Shown: positions 16,991 through 27,293, counted from the stretch's first letter. The stretch: DNA of 64,000 nucleotides from Candidatus Fermentibacteraceae bacterium (GCA_041686025.1 JAWLEP010000006.1:1077-65076), one strand, 5' to 3'. Numbers and translations: made by a program. The notes: generated by a model not told the origin, from the sequence alone.

Positions 16991-17610
16991 GGACTTTTCT
17001 GACGGCGGCGATACTGGCTCTGACTGCATCGGGCTGCCTCACCTTCCGGGTGGGCCCGGAGAGTCGGGAGGTGCGTATGTGGAGCCTGGGGCCCTCCGGT
17101 GTCCCGGCGGCGTCTCCGGCCCCCGGCGGCCCTGCCCTGCTGGTCCGCGACCTCTCCTCCTCGCTTCTGTACGAGACCAGGGACATGGTGGCGGTGAACG
17201 ACAGCGGGAGGGTCGTCCTGTCCACCGAGAACAGGTGGGTGAGTCTTCCGGCGCAGATGATGTCCGACTTGCTGGCCTCCGCCGCGGCCTCCACCGGTGA
17301 TTTCGGACCCATCCTGAGGGGGTCGGACAGCGACGCCGGTCTGGTGCTGGACGGCAGGCTGGAGGAGCTGGGAGCCAGGCGTCTCGACGACGTCTGGTAC
17401 GCGGTGATCAGGGTGGAGACGAGGCTGCTTGACCCCTGCGATGGAACCGTTCTCCACACCAGCGTATACAGCAGGAGGAGCAGGCTTTCGTCCATGGAGT
17501 ATACGGAGCTGGCCTCCGGCCTCCGCCTTCTGGCCGGCGAGGTGGCCTCGGAGGCGGTCGCAGACCTGGCAGTGGCCGCCGGCCTTGCCGGCGGAAGGGC
17601 CGGTGGGTAG
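16981..17610 (+). CDS. ABC-type transport auxiliary lipoprotein (DUF330-like)
   Basis: Lipobox LTASGC. It overlaps mlaD by 10 nt. Its position and size fit the auxiliary lipoprotein of Mce/Mla operons. Confidence 0.6.
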   Translation: MAMRTFLTAAILALTASGCLTFRVGPESREVRMWSLGPSGVPAASPAPGGPALLVRDLSSSLLYETRDMVAVNDSGRVVLSTENRWVSLPAQMMSDLLASAAASTGDFGPILRGSDSDAGLVLDGRLEELGARRLDDVWYAVIRVETRLLDPCDGTVLHTSVYSRRSRLSSMEYTELASGLRLLAGEVASEAVADLAVAAGLAGGRAGG

Positions 17611-17737
17611 CGCAGGCGGCAGCAGACCGAACCTCGAGATGGCAGATTGCCCTGACCAGGGCATGATCAGAGACACTTCCCCCGTCAGCGCAGGCAGGCC
17701 GGCAGGGGACCGACAGCAATGGAGCCGGTGATACCAG

Positions 17738-18643
17738 ATGGGCATATTCGGCAGAGGCGAGAAGGAACCCTTCGCCGGGCGGAAGCAGCCGCCCTTCGAG
17801 GAGATGAACAACTACATCGCAGTGGTGCTGGACAGCTGCAGGTACGACACCTTCGTGGAGGCGGCTCCCGAGAACATCATGGCCATAGGGGACCTCGAAA
17901 GGCGCTACAGCTACGCCTCCTGGACCGCACCCTCGCACTACAACCTGCTGACGGGACTGGTGCCCCACACCAGCCCGTCCAACGTCTTCGCATCTGAGTA
18001 CTACAAGCGGGACTTCGTCCGCTTCAACGAGAGGCTGGGGGCCGAGGGCATCGAGTTCAAGAGCCTGGTGCCCAGGCTCTACCTCCCCGACTTCCTCCGG
18101 GACTCCCTGGGCTACATAACCCGGGCCATGGTCTCGCTGCCGGTTCTGAACAGCTACACCGCCCTGAACCGCGGCTTCGACTCCTGGAAGCTGATGGAGA
18201 AGCACAACGACATGGCCGCCATGCTGGACGAGATGGTCTTCTCGGAGGAGAGGCCCACCTTCTACCTGCTGAACGTGGGGGAGACCCACTACCCCTACGC
18301 CCTGCCCAGCGAGCCGGAGAACGAATGGCCCCGCATCAGCGGCGTGCACGGGGTGTTCAAGCACCTCGACGACCACGTCACCGGCGGAAAGCTGGAGTCC
18401 GGCGAGGGCGAGAGGTTCTTTGACCAGGAGCAGCTGGACCGGCTGCGCGAGAGGCAGGTGGAGACCGTCCGCTACCTGGACGGCGTCTTCGCCCGGCTTC
18501 TGGAGATGGTTCCGGAGAACACCTACATCACGGTGACCTCGGACCACGGAGAGCTCTTCGGCGAGGAGGGCTACTTCGGCCACGGCCCCATATACCACGA
18601 GAAGGTCTTCGAGGTCCCCTTCCTGGAAGGCAAGGTAAGGTAA
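17738..18643 (+). CDS. Alkaline-phosphatase/sulfatase-superfamily metalloenzyme-like protein
   Basis: VVLDSCRYD near the N-terminus and VTSDHGELFGEEGYFGHG near the C-terminus resemble metal-site motifs of the superfamily. I see no signal peptide and no CxPxR motif. Confidence 0.5.
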   Translation: MGIFGRGEKEPFAGRKQPPFEEMNNYIAVVLDSCRYDTFVEAAPENIMAIGDLERRYSYASWTAPSHYNLLTGLVPHTSPSNVFASEYYKRDFVRFNERLGAEGIEFKSLVPRLYLPDFLRDSLGYITRAMVSLPVLNSYTALNRGFDSWKLMEKHNDMAAMLDEMVFSEERPTFYLLNVGETHYPYALPSEPENEWPRISGVHGVFKHLDDHVTGGKLESGEGERFFDQEQLDRLRERQVETVRYLDGVFARLLEMVPENTYITVTSDHGELFGEEGYFGHGPIYHEKVFEVPFLEGKVR

Positions 18644-18665
18644 GCACGGAAGGAGCGTTTTCCAC

Positions 18666-20510
18666 ATGTCCACCAGAAGGCTGAAGTTCAAGGCCGAAAC
18701 AAAGCGGGTCCTGGACCTGGTGATCCACAGCCTATACTCCCATCACGACATATTCCTGCGGGAGCTTGTATCCAACGCCTCGGACGCCCTGGACAGGCTT
18801 CGTTTCGAGGCCCTCACCGACGAGAGCCTGGTGGATGAGGACCACGAGGACCGCATAGAGCTGATCCCCGACGAGGAGAAGAAGACCCTCACCGTCAGGG
18901 ACACCGGCATAGGAATGGACGGCGACGAGATGGCCCGGGAGCTGGGGACCATCGCCAGCTCCGGTTCCCGCAGCTTCGCCAAGCTGCTGGAGGAGAACCG
19001 CCCCGAGGAGATCCCCGAGCTCATAGGGCAGTTCGGCGTGGGATTCTACTCGGCGTTCATGGTGGCGGACACCGTGGAGGTCTTCTCCCGCAGGGCGGGC
19101 ACCGACCAGGGCTACCGCTGGCGGTCGCAGGGCGAGGATACCTTCACCGTCAAGGAGGTGGACGACCTCCCGGTGGGCACCTCGGTGGTCCTGCACCTCA
19201 AGGAGGACCGAGAGGAGTACCTGGATTCCTACACCCTCCGCTCGCTGGTCTCGCGCTACAGCGACTACATCACCTATCCCATCGTCCTGGCCGAGCCCGG
19301 AAGCGACGAGAGGCCGGTGCTCAACAGCCAGAGGCCCATATGGACCAGGCCGGAGGAAGAGGTCTCCGAGGAGGAGTACAACGAGTTCTACAAGCACCTG
19401 GCCCACATGACGGAGGAGCCCCTGGACAGGCTCACCTACCACGGCGAGGGCGTCCGGGAGTTCCATGCCCTCCTCTTCCTGCCCAGGAGCAGGCAGATGC
19501 AGATGATGATGCCGGACTACAAGTCGGGGGTCAGCCTCTACGTCCGCAAGGTGATGATCAAGGAGGAGGCGGAGGAGCTGCTTCCCCGCTATCTGCGCTT
19601 TGTCCGGGGGGTGGTGGAGTCCCCCGACCTGCCCCTGAACATCTCCCGGGAGCTGCTGCAGAGCAACGCCACCGTACGGGTGATCCGCAAGGCCCTTACC
19701 CGCAAGGTGCTCTCCTGGCTGGGCGAGCTCCGCGACGGGAGGATCGATGACTACCGCATCCTCTTCGACCAGTTCGGCGACCTGCTGAAGGAGGGGGTCT
19801 ACTCCGACTACGACCACCAGGAGGAGCTGGCCGACCTGTTGCTGGTCCACACCAGCGGCTCACCGGACGAGGCCGTCCCCCTGAAGGACCTGGCCGAGGA
19901 GATGCCGGACGACATCGAGACCCTCTACTACGTCACAGGCTCCGACCGCCGCGAGCTGGCCGCCTCCCCCTACCTGGAGAAGGCGAAGCGGGAGGGCAGG
20001 GAGGTGCTGCTCTTCGACAGCCCCGCCGACGAGATCATGCTGCAGTCGCTGGGCGAGTACCGGGACAGGAAGCTGGTCTCCCTCTCGAAGGAGTCCGACG
20101 AGGACCTGACCGAGGAGGAGAGGGAGCGCAAGGAGACCGCCGAGGAGGCCTACGCCGGGCTGCTGGAGTACATGAAGGACACACTGAACGAGCAGGTGAG
20201 CGACGTCCGCTTCTCACCCCGGCTGCAGGACAGCCCTTGTGTGCTGATCGCCGACCGCAACGACCCCGGCGAGGCCATGCGAAGCATACTGAAGGCCATG
20301 AGGCAGGACGTCCCCGACATGAAGAAGATCCTGGAGCTGAACCCCAACCACGACCTGATCGAGAAGCTGGACCACCTCTACGAGAACGACAGGTCCAGCC
20401 CGGAGCTGGAGGGGTCGGTGCGTATGCTCTACGACCTGGCCGTCATCATGGCCGGCGGCCGCCCCGACGACCCGGCCACCTTCGGCAGGCGGGTGGCCGA
20501 CCTCCTCTAG
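18666..20510 (+). CDS. htpG: Molecular chaperone Hsp90
   Basis: FKAETKRVLDLVIHSLYSHHDIFLRELVSNASDALDRLRFEAL and GQFGVGFYSAFMVAD are canonical HtpG signatures. 614 aa. Confidence 0.95.
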   Translation: MSTRRLKFKAETKRVLDLVIHSLYSHHDIFLRELVSNASDALDRLRFEALTDESLVDEDHEDRIELIPDEEKKTLTVRDTGIGMDGDEMARELGTIASSGSRSFAKLLEENRPEEIPELIGQFGVGFYSAFMVADTVEVFSRRAGTDQGYRWRSQGEDTFTVKEVDDLPVGTSVVLHLKEDREEYLDSYTLRSLVSRYSDYITYPIVLAEPGSDERPVLNSQRPIWTRPEEEVSEEEYNEFYKHLAHMTEEPLDRLTYHGEGVREFHALLFLPRSRQMQMMMPDYKSGVSLYVRKVMIKEEAEELLPRYLRFVRGVVESPDLPLNISRELLQSNATVRVIRKALTRKVLSWLGELRDGRIDDYRILFDQFGDLLKEGVYSDYDHQEELADLLLVHTSGSPDEAVPLKDLAEEMPDDIETLYYVTGSDRRELAASPYLEKAKREGREVLLFDSPADEIMLQSLGEYRDRKLVSLSKESDEDLTEEERERKETAEEAYAGLLEYMKDTLNEQVSDVRFSPRLQDSPCVLIADRNDPGEAMRSILKAMRQDVPDMKKILELNPNHDLIEKLDHLYENDRSSPELEGSVRMLYDLAVIMAGGRPDDPATFGRRVADLL

Positions 20511-20516
20511 CCATCC

Positions 20517-20609
20517 GGGACGGAGTACAACTTGTACAACTTCCGGTCGATTATGCGGCCGTATGAGTCGTTACTCTGACTCGAAGTTGTACAAGTTGTA
20601 CTCCGTCCC
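20517..20609. repeat. 93-bp element with perfect 27-bp terminal inverted repeats
   Basis: GGGACGGAGTACAACTTGTACAACTTC (20517-20543) is the exact reverse complement of 20583-20609, with a 39-nt spacer. The arm contains the tandem GTACAACTT x2. The element is AT-richer than its surroundings. Confidence 0.85.
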
Positions 20610-20617
20610 CGCCTGGC

Positions 20618-20815
20618 TTACTGGCGGCCCAGCCAAGCCTTGATGCTGCCGAAGGTCTCCGAGAGCTCATCCCCGGCGGAGAGGCCCATGTAGAGCTTGA
20701 AGCAGTAGTAGGAGCCCGTGGACGATCCCGCGAGGCGGGCCCTCTGCCATCCGATCCGGCCTGTGGTCATTGCCCCCGACCTCTCCGAATCCGGCGCCAT
20801 CACCTGATAGCGCAC
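20618..20815 (-). CDS. Short hypothetical ORF, possibly a gene remnant
   Basis: 65-codon ORF with a GTG start, no SD and no recognisable family. It sits in a ~0.6-kb stretch without a convincing gene. Confidence 0.25.
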   Translation of the reverse strand: MRYQVMAPDSERSGAMTTGRIGWQRARLAGSSTGSYYCFKLYMGLSAGDELSETFGSIKAWLGRQ

Positions 20816-21080
20816 CTGCGCGCCTCAAGACGCGCAGAAGGGATCCAGGCTGGGGATGTCGGGCGTACCCACCATTACCGACGCATGCGTCGCTCCTCCG
20901 CTTCCTCGACATCCGTGCGCCTTTCAACCAGGCGGCGGTGGGGGCTGTTCCCACTTACAGAAGCCATAGCAATCCGATATGGTATGTTCGCTTGAGGAGC
21001 CAATGCAGTGAGCCCGGTAACGGGCACGGGGCGGGAACCTGCAGAGGGACGGGCAAAATCTATGCCTTTGGGAGGCCTTC

Positions 21081-21827
21081 ATTAAGCTCGACGACAGACA
21101 GAGGAAGCTGTGCGAGGATAGCCGATGGGACTTCTCCGACCTCAGCGCGCTCTTCTTCAACTGCACCCTCAAGCGCTCGCCCAGGCAGTCCCACACCAGG
21201 GGACTGATTGACGTATCAAAGGCGATAATGGAGCAGAACGGCGTTTCGGTGGAGGTGATAAGGCCGGTTGACCACGCCATAGCCACCGGCGTCTACCCCG
21301 ACATGACCGGGAAGGGCTGGGACCACGACGAGTGGCCGCAGATCTACGCAAGGGTGCTGGCGGCGGATATCCTCGTCATCGGTTCCCCCATCTGGCTCGG
21401 CACAAGGTCCTCGGTGTGCAGCATGGTCATAGAGAGACTCTACTCCAGCTCCGGCGACCTGAATGACAAGGGCCAGTACGTCTACTACGGCAGGGCCGGC
21501 GGCTGCCTCATTACCGGAAACGAGGACGGCGCGAAACACTGTGCCATGAGCATACTCTATTCTCTGCAGCATCTGGGCTATGCGATACCGCCCCAGGCCG
21601 ACGCGGGCTGGATCGGCGAGATAGGGCCGGGCCCGTCCTATCTGGATCCAGGCTCGGGGGGGCCGGAGAACGACTTCACCAACCGCAACACGACATTCAT
21701 GGCCTGGAATCTGATGCACATGGCCAGGATGCTGAGGGACAGAGGAGGCATTCCGGCGCATGGAAACCAGCGCTCGCTCTGGGAGAGCGGCTGCAGGTTC
21801 GACCATCCCAATCCGGAGTACAGATAG
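21081..21827 (+). CDS. Flavodoxin-like NAD(P)H-dependent FMN reductase family protein (start uncertain)
   Basis: The conservative ATG ORF is 21228-21827. Family-conserved sequence (DFSDLSALFFNCTLKRSPRQSHTRGLIDVSKAIMEQNGVSVEV) continues in frame upstream of it, with no ATG/GTG/TTG. ATT 21081 is preceded by GGGAGG at 5 nt. An out-of-frame ATG at 21125 suggests an alternative 1-nt frameshift. Confidence 0.6.
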   Translation: MKLDDRQRKLCEDSRWDFSDLSALFFNCTLKRSPRQSHTRGLIDVSKAIMEQNGVSVEVIRPVDHAIATGVYPDMTGKGWDHDEWPQIYARVLAADILVIGSPIWLGTRSSVCSMVIERLYSSSGDLNDKGQYVYYGRAGGCLITGNEDGAKHCAMSILYSLQHLGYAIPPQADAGWIGEIGPGPSYLDPGSGGPENDFTNRNTTFMAWNLMHMARMLRDRGGIPAHGNQRSLWESGCRFDHPNPEYR

Positions 21828-21848
21828 GCGTTATCTGAGGGGAGAGAG

Positions 21849-23144
21849 ATGAGCATTCGTTCCGTCACGGCCGCAGGGCTCGCAGACAGGCTGGGCGCTC
21901 CCGGGCTGGTGCCGGTGGACGTCCGGGACGTGAACGCATACAACGGTTGGCGGCTTGCCGGCGAGAAACGCGGCGGCCACCTGCCCGGGGCGAGGAGCCT
22001 CCCGGCCCAATGGATGGGAGAGGAGTTCTGGGAGGACGTGCTGCGGAAGAAGGCCCTGCCTTCGGCGGCGGACATGGCAGTCTACGGCTACGATGACGGC
22101 CGTGCCGAACGGGTGGCGCGCGCGCTGGCCGGCCGGCGGACCGGCCAGACCCTGTTGTGCAGGCAGTTCCTCGAGGAGTGGGTCACGGACGAATCCCTGC
22201 CGCTGGTCCGGATGCCGCGCTTCAGCGCCCTGGTCCATCCCGGCTGGGTTCGGGATGCCCTGGCTGATATGGATGTGGAGGAGCCGCCGGAGGAATCCCT
22301 CGTGGTCTGCCACTCCCACTACCGAAACCCCGACGACTACGCCCGGGGGCACATCCCGGGAGCCGTAGCCATGAACACCCTCGCCCTGGAGGAACCGCGG
22401 ATGTGGAATCGCCGCAGCCCGGATGAGCTTCGCGAGGCCCTTCTCGCCCATGGGATCACGGCCGACACCACTGTGGTCACATATGGGCGGTACTCCGGCC
22501 CCGACAACCGCGACCCCTTTCCCGGAAGCAACGCCGGCCACATAGGAGCCATACGGAGCGCCGTGATAATGATGTACGCCGGAGTGCGGGACGTTCGGGT
22601 GCTCAACGGCGGTCTCATGGCCTGGGAGGCCGCGGGTCTTCCCGTCTCACAGGAGGCCGCCCAGCCCCGGCCCGCAGTTGAATTCGGGGCCGAGATACCC
22701 GCCCGTCCGGAGCTGATGGCGGACCTTCCGGAGGCCAGGAAGCTGCTGGCCGCGGATGACGGCGAGCTGGTCAGCGTAAGGAGCTGGCGGGAGTTCATCG
22801 GGGAGGTCAGCGGCTACAACTACATAGATGTGAAGGGCCGTATTCCCGGAGCCGTCTTCGGGGACTGCGGCAGCGACGCCTATCACATGGAGAACTTCCG
22901 CAATCCCGACCACACCACCCGCGAGTACGGAGAGGTCGAACGGAGATGGCTCGATGCCGGGATAAGCCCGGAGAAGCGCATCGCCTTCTACTGCGGCACG
23001 GGATGGAGAGCCAGCGAGGCCTTCCTCAACGCGTGGCTGCTGGGCTGGAACGACATCGCCGTCTTCGACGGCGGATGGATGGAGTGGAGCAGCGATTCCT
23101 CCAACCCCGTAGAGACCGGAGTACCGGGGGATGGAAATGGCTGA
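21849..23144 (+). CDS. eanB: Multi-rhodanese sulfurtransferase, candidate anaerobic ergothioneine synthase
   Basis: 431 aa with rhodanese-like modules. Active-site loop FYCGTGWRAS (CxxxxR[ST]) lies near the C-terminus. It overlaps the EgtD-like gene by 14 nt. Confidence 0.6.
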   Translation: MSIRSVTAAGLADRLGAPGLVPVDVRDVNAYNGWRLAGEKRGGHLPGARSLPAQWMGEEFWEDVLRKKALPSAADMAVYGYDDGRAERVARALAGRRTGQTLLCRQFLEEWVTDESLPLVRMPRFSALVHPGWVRDALADMDVEEPPEESLVVCHSHYRNPDDYARGHIPGAVAMNTLALEEPRMWNRRSPDELREALLAHGITADTTVVTYGRYSGPDNRDPFPGSNAGHIGAIRSAVIMMYAGVRDVRVLNGGLMAWEAAGLPVSQEAAQPRPAVEFGAEIPARPELMADLPEARKLLAADDGELVSVRSWREFIGEVSGYNYIDVKGRIPGAVFGDCGSDAYHMENFRNPDHTTREYGEVERRWLDAGISPEKRIAFYCGTGWRASEAFLNAWLLGWNDIAVFDGGWMEWSSDSSNPVETGVPGDGNG

Positions 23145-24135
23145 GCCCGCCGCCGCTGAGACGTGCATCTGCGATTACCTGGGGCAGCGCGACGGTTCGT
23201 CTTCCCGAAAGGAGATACTGGCCGGCCTGCGGGACAGTCCGAGGAGGATTCCCAGCAGGTTCTTCTACGACCGGCGGGGATCGGAGCTTTTCGAGGAGAT
23301 AACCGGCCTTCCGGAGTACTACCTCACCGGGGCCGAGAAATCCATACTGAAGGCCAACGCCGACCGCCTGCTGGGCAGTCCCGAAGGCCTGGACATCGTG
23401 GAGCTGGGCAGCGGGGACTGCTCGAAGGTCTCCCTCCTGCTGGACGCCGTTCCGGAAGATTGCCTGGAGTCAGTCTGCTATCTGCCGGTGGACGTCAGCC
23501 GGTCGGCGCTGGCCCGGTCGGCCCGGAACCTGACGGAATCCTACCCGGGGCTGCGGGTAGTGTGTCTTCGGGACGATTTCTGCCGCTGTATGTCCAGATT
23601 TCCCGATTACGGCAGGAAGCTGATACTCTTTCTGGGCAGCACCATCGGCAACCTGGAGGAGTCCGCAGCGGCCGGCCTTCTTTCCGCTCTCTCTGCCTCC
23701 ATGGGGCCCGATGACCGGCTGATTCTGGGCCTGGACATGCTTAAGGACAGGAAGGTCCTGGAGCGTGCCTACAACGACTCCAGGGGGATCACCGCGGAGT
23801 TCAACCGCAACATCCTGCGAGTGGCCAATCGACTTGCAGATACGGACTTCCATCCCGATAACTTCGTCCACCGGGCATTCCTCAACGGGGCGGAGAGCAG
23901 GATGGAGATGCACCTCGAGGCCAGCATCGGCCAGGCCGTGAGCAGCCCCTGGCTGGATGAGCCCCTGCAGCTGCGGAAGGGAGAGCGGATACACACCGAG
24001 ACCTCCCGCAAGTACACGGCTGGAGACATAGAGAGCCTGGCCCACAACGCGGGGTTTGCTGTCCGTGACGTCCTCACCGATGGCCGACAGCGGTTCTCAT
24101 TGGTCGAGATGGAGCCTGTCAGAGCCGGCGGTTAA
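23131..24135 (+). CDS. eanA: L-histidine N-alpha-methyltransferase (EgtD/EanA family)
   Basis: FFYDRRGSELFEEITGLPEYYLTGAEKSIL, VELGSGDCSK, FLGSTIGNL and RAYNDSRGITAEFNRNIL closely follow the EgtD consensus as I remember it. Confidence 0.8.
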   Translation: MEMAEPAAAETCICDYLGQRDGSSSRKEILAGLRDSPRRIPSRFFYDRRGSELFEEITGLPEYYLTGAEKSILKANADRLLGSPEGLDIVELGSGDCSKVSLLLDAVPEDCLESVCYLPVDVSRSALARSARNLTESYPGLRVVCLRDDFCRCMSRFPDYGRKLILFLGSTIGNLEESAAAGLLSALSASMGPDDRLILGLDMLKDRKVLERAYNDSRGITAEFNRNILRVANRLADTDFHPDNFVHRAFLNGAESRMEMHLEASIGQAVSSPWLDEPLQLRKGERIHTETSRKYTAGDIESLAHNAGFAVRDVLTDGRQRFSLVEMEPVRAGG

Positions 24136-24188
24136 CCCCGGTAACCGACTTCCCCGGCCCCCTTTCGGTCTCCACCGGTGCGAACCAA

Positions 24189-25415
24189 TTACCTGAGCAG
24201 ATTTACCTTGGACACGGAGACGGCCTCCCCGGCCCTCACCCGAACCAGGTACGTGCCGGATCCCAGAGAAGTTCCGGCTTCGGATCTTCCGTCCCAGGTC
24301 AGCATGTGGTCTCCGGCTTCCATATTGCCGGAGGCCAGGGTTCTGACCAGCCTGCCGTCCAGGGAGTAGACCTCGGCCTCCACCCTTCCGGCCGAGCGGA
24401 TGCCCAGCTCCAGGAACAGAAGATCCCTGAACGGATTGGGCCGTACGCTCAGCGCCGGGGCCGGAGCTGTCCTGCCGCTGTGCTCTGCGACGTCCACCAC
24501 CGGCAGATCGGCCAGCTCGATGAACCTCCCCGATCCCTCGTACTCGGTCTCAATGATGGATCCCGTGGCCGGGTCGATCTCGTGGACGCCGTCTCCGTTG
24601 GTGGCCAGGAGGTTGCCGTTCCCCAGCCTGTACACTCCCCTGCCTCCGTCCAGGCTCCAGGTGTCCACTATCGTACCGTCCAGCAGGAACTCCGTTATCT
24701 GGTCTGCGCTGAAGGCGACGTTCAGGTAGTGGTCGGGGTTCTCCGCATCGGCCTGGACCTGTTCGGGAAAGTTGACGCTGAACAGCGACGTATAGCTCTG
24801 GCCGTCCGCCTCGTAGTGGCGTATGTCGTCCGAGGTGCCCTGAATGTTCGCCAGCAGGCAGGTGCCATCATCCAGGAAGTGGATGTCGAAGGGATCGCTC
24901 CCGTCCTGTATGAAGTAGCCGGCGAACTCATCGGGGCCGCTGAACATCGCTACGTAATCGTCTCCGCTGGTGACGAACAGGGTGTCGTTGCGGAAATCGA
25001 TGCCCCGGAGGTTGTTGAGATCGGTCTCCGCCCCCACCCACAGGAACTCGCCATACCCGTCGAAGACGTATACCGCGTCCGACAGCTGATCGGAGACGTA
25101 CACGTATCCGTCCGGGCCCTGGACCGCATTTATCGGAGTTGCGAAGTCGTACTGCGTCCCGGTGGTGTCATCCTCTATGAAGATCCCCTCATATGTCCCG
25201 TCCTCGGGATTGAACATCGCAATCACGTCGGCGTTGGAGTCGGGGATCAGCAGTGTAAGCCCGCGGTCTCCGGATGATCCAGCCGCGAATGGCTCCGTGG
25301 TCGGGAAGCAGCCGCTGAGCCCGGTCTCCTCCAGCATCTCGGGCGTCATGTCGGATACGGGGAGGGCCGGGGCGGCGGCGGCTATGATCAGCAGTACGGT
25401 CAGGGTTCCGTTCAT
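24189..25415 (-). CDS. Secreted beta-propeller protein with T9SS C-terminal domain
   Basis: ATG 25415 follows AAAGGAG at 5 nt. Signal peptide MNGTLTVLLIIAAAAPALP. Repeated ...YVYVSD.../...LFVTSGDD... blades. Tail LSVRPNPFRDLLFLEL...VYSLDGRLV...GTYLVRV...KVNLLR. Confidence 0.75.
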   Translation of the reverse strand: MNGTLTVLLIIAAAAPALPVSDMTPEMLEETGLSGCFPTTEPFAAGSSGDRGLTLLIPDSNADVIAMFNPEDGTYEGIFIEDDTTGTQYDFATPINAVQGPDGYVYVSDQLSDAVYVFDGYGEFLWVGAETDLNNLRGIDFRNDTLFVTSGDDYVAMFSGPDEFAGYFIQDGSDPFDIHFLDDGTCLLANIQGTSDDIRHYEADGQSYTSLFSVNFPEQVQADAENPDHYLNVAFSADQITEFLLDGTIVDTWSLDGGRGVYRLGNGNLLATNGDGVHEIDPATGSIIETEYEGSGRFIELADLPVVDVAEHSGRTAPAPALSVRPNPFRDLLFLELGIRSAGRVEAEVYSLDGRLVRTLASGNMEAGDHMLTWDGRSEAGTSLGSGTYLVRVRAGEAVSVSKVNLLR

Positions 25416-25573
25416 GGGTGCTCCTTTCGATTCTTCCGACCCGCGTCGTTCCCGCTGCCGGAAGGTCTCGTCTTCGCCGGGAGAGGCGTCTACCTGAAAG
25501 TAACCGTTTCGGGGAGCTCCCGCCACCGGCGGATGCATGACGTCGGATGGATGTCCGCGGGCATTGCCTAAGG

Positions 25574-26318
25574 TCAGTCCCAGCGGAACAGCCTGGTGGC
25601 GAAGAAGCCTCCGGCCACGACGAATCCGGCCAGCACGGCGATCTCCACGGGGAAGTCGGCCAGGTGGTCGCCCAGCCATATCCCCCGCATCAGGCGGATG
25701 GCGTGGGTCAGGGGGAAAGCCTCGGAGACCTTCTTCAGGAGGTCGGGAAGCATGTCCCGGGGCAGCGCTCCCCCCGACAGGAAGAGCATGGGGAAGTAGA
25801 GGATGTTGGCGATCACGGTGCCGCTTCTGGCCGATGGTGCCAGGCTGGCGGGAACAAATCCCAGGCCGGCCACCGCGCCGCAGGACAGCAGGAAGGCGGC
25901 AAGAGCCTCCAGGGCGTTGCCCCAGAAGTTCATGCCGAAGATGATAACGCCGGCGGCCAGAAGAAGAACAACTCCCATGATGCTCACCACGAGTATGGCC
26001 ATCATCTCCGCCGCCAGGAAGATCAGCGGCGAGATGGGAGCGGCCATGAACCGCCGCAGGATTCCCTTCTCCCGGTAGGAGGCTATGCTGATGGTGAGGT
26101 TCATTATGCCCGCGGTGAGTATGACGATACCGATGAAGGCCGATGTGGAGTAGTCGATGTAGCCGAAGGTCTGCTCGGGGAATGGATCGTTGCCCCAGAT
26201 GCTGCCGAACAGAAGCATCAGGAGCAGCGGAAATATCAGTGTGAAGAAGAAGGCCGAGGGCTCGCGCAGGTAGAGCCGAAGCTCCAGCGCGGCCAGCCGC
26301 ATAGTGGAGGACAGCCCG

Positions 26319-26332
<14 letters not shown>
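25574..26332 (-). CDS. ABC-2 type transporter permease
   Basis: Six hydrophobic segments typical of ABC-2 permeases. GTG 26332 has GGAAGGGAG 4 nt upstream and overlaps the ATPase 3' end. The alternative is ATG 26302. Confidence 0.75.

Positions 26333-27293
<961 letters not shown>

Noticed and set aside
20517-20609. Calling the inverted-repeat element an integron attC site.
   Set aside because: The core heptamers are only near matches. The arms are perfectly paired, whereas attC sites normally carry extrahelical bases. No intI or cassette array is visible. I keep this only as a hypothesis inside the finding.
20618-21080. Attempt to assign the 65-aa ORF and flanking sequence to a family (SRPBCC, YjbR or DUF1801-like C-termini considered).
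   Set aside because: I could defend no motif-level match. It is left as a low-confidence hypothetical or possible remnant.
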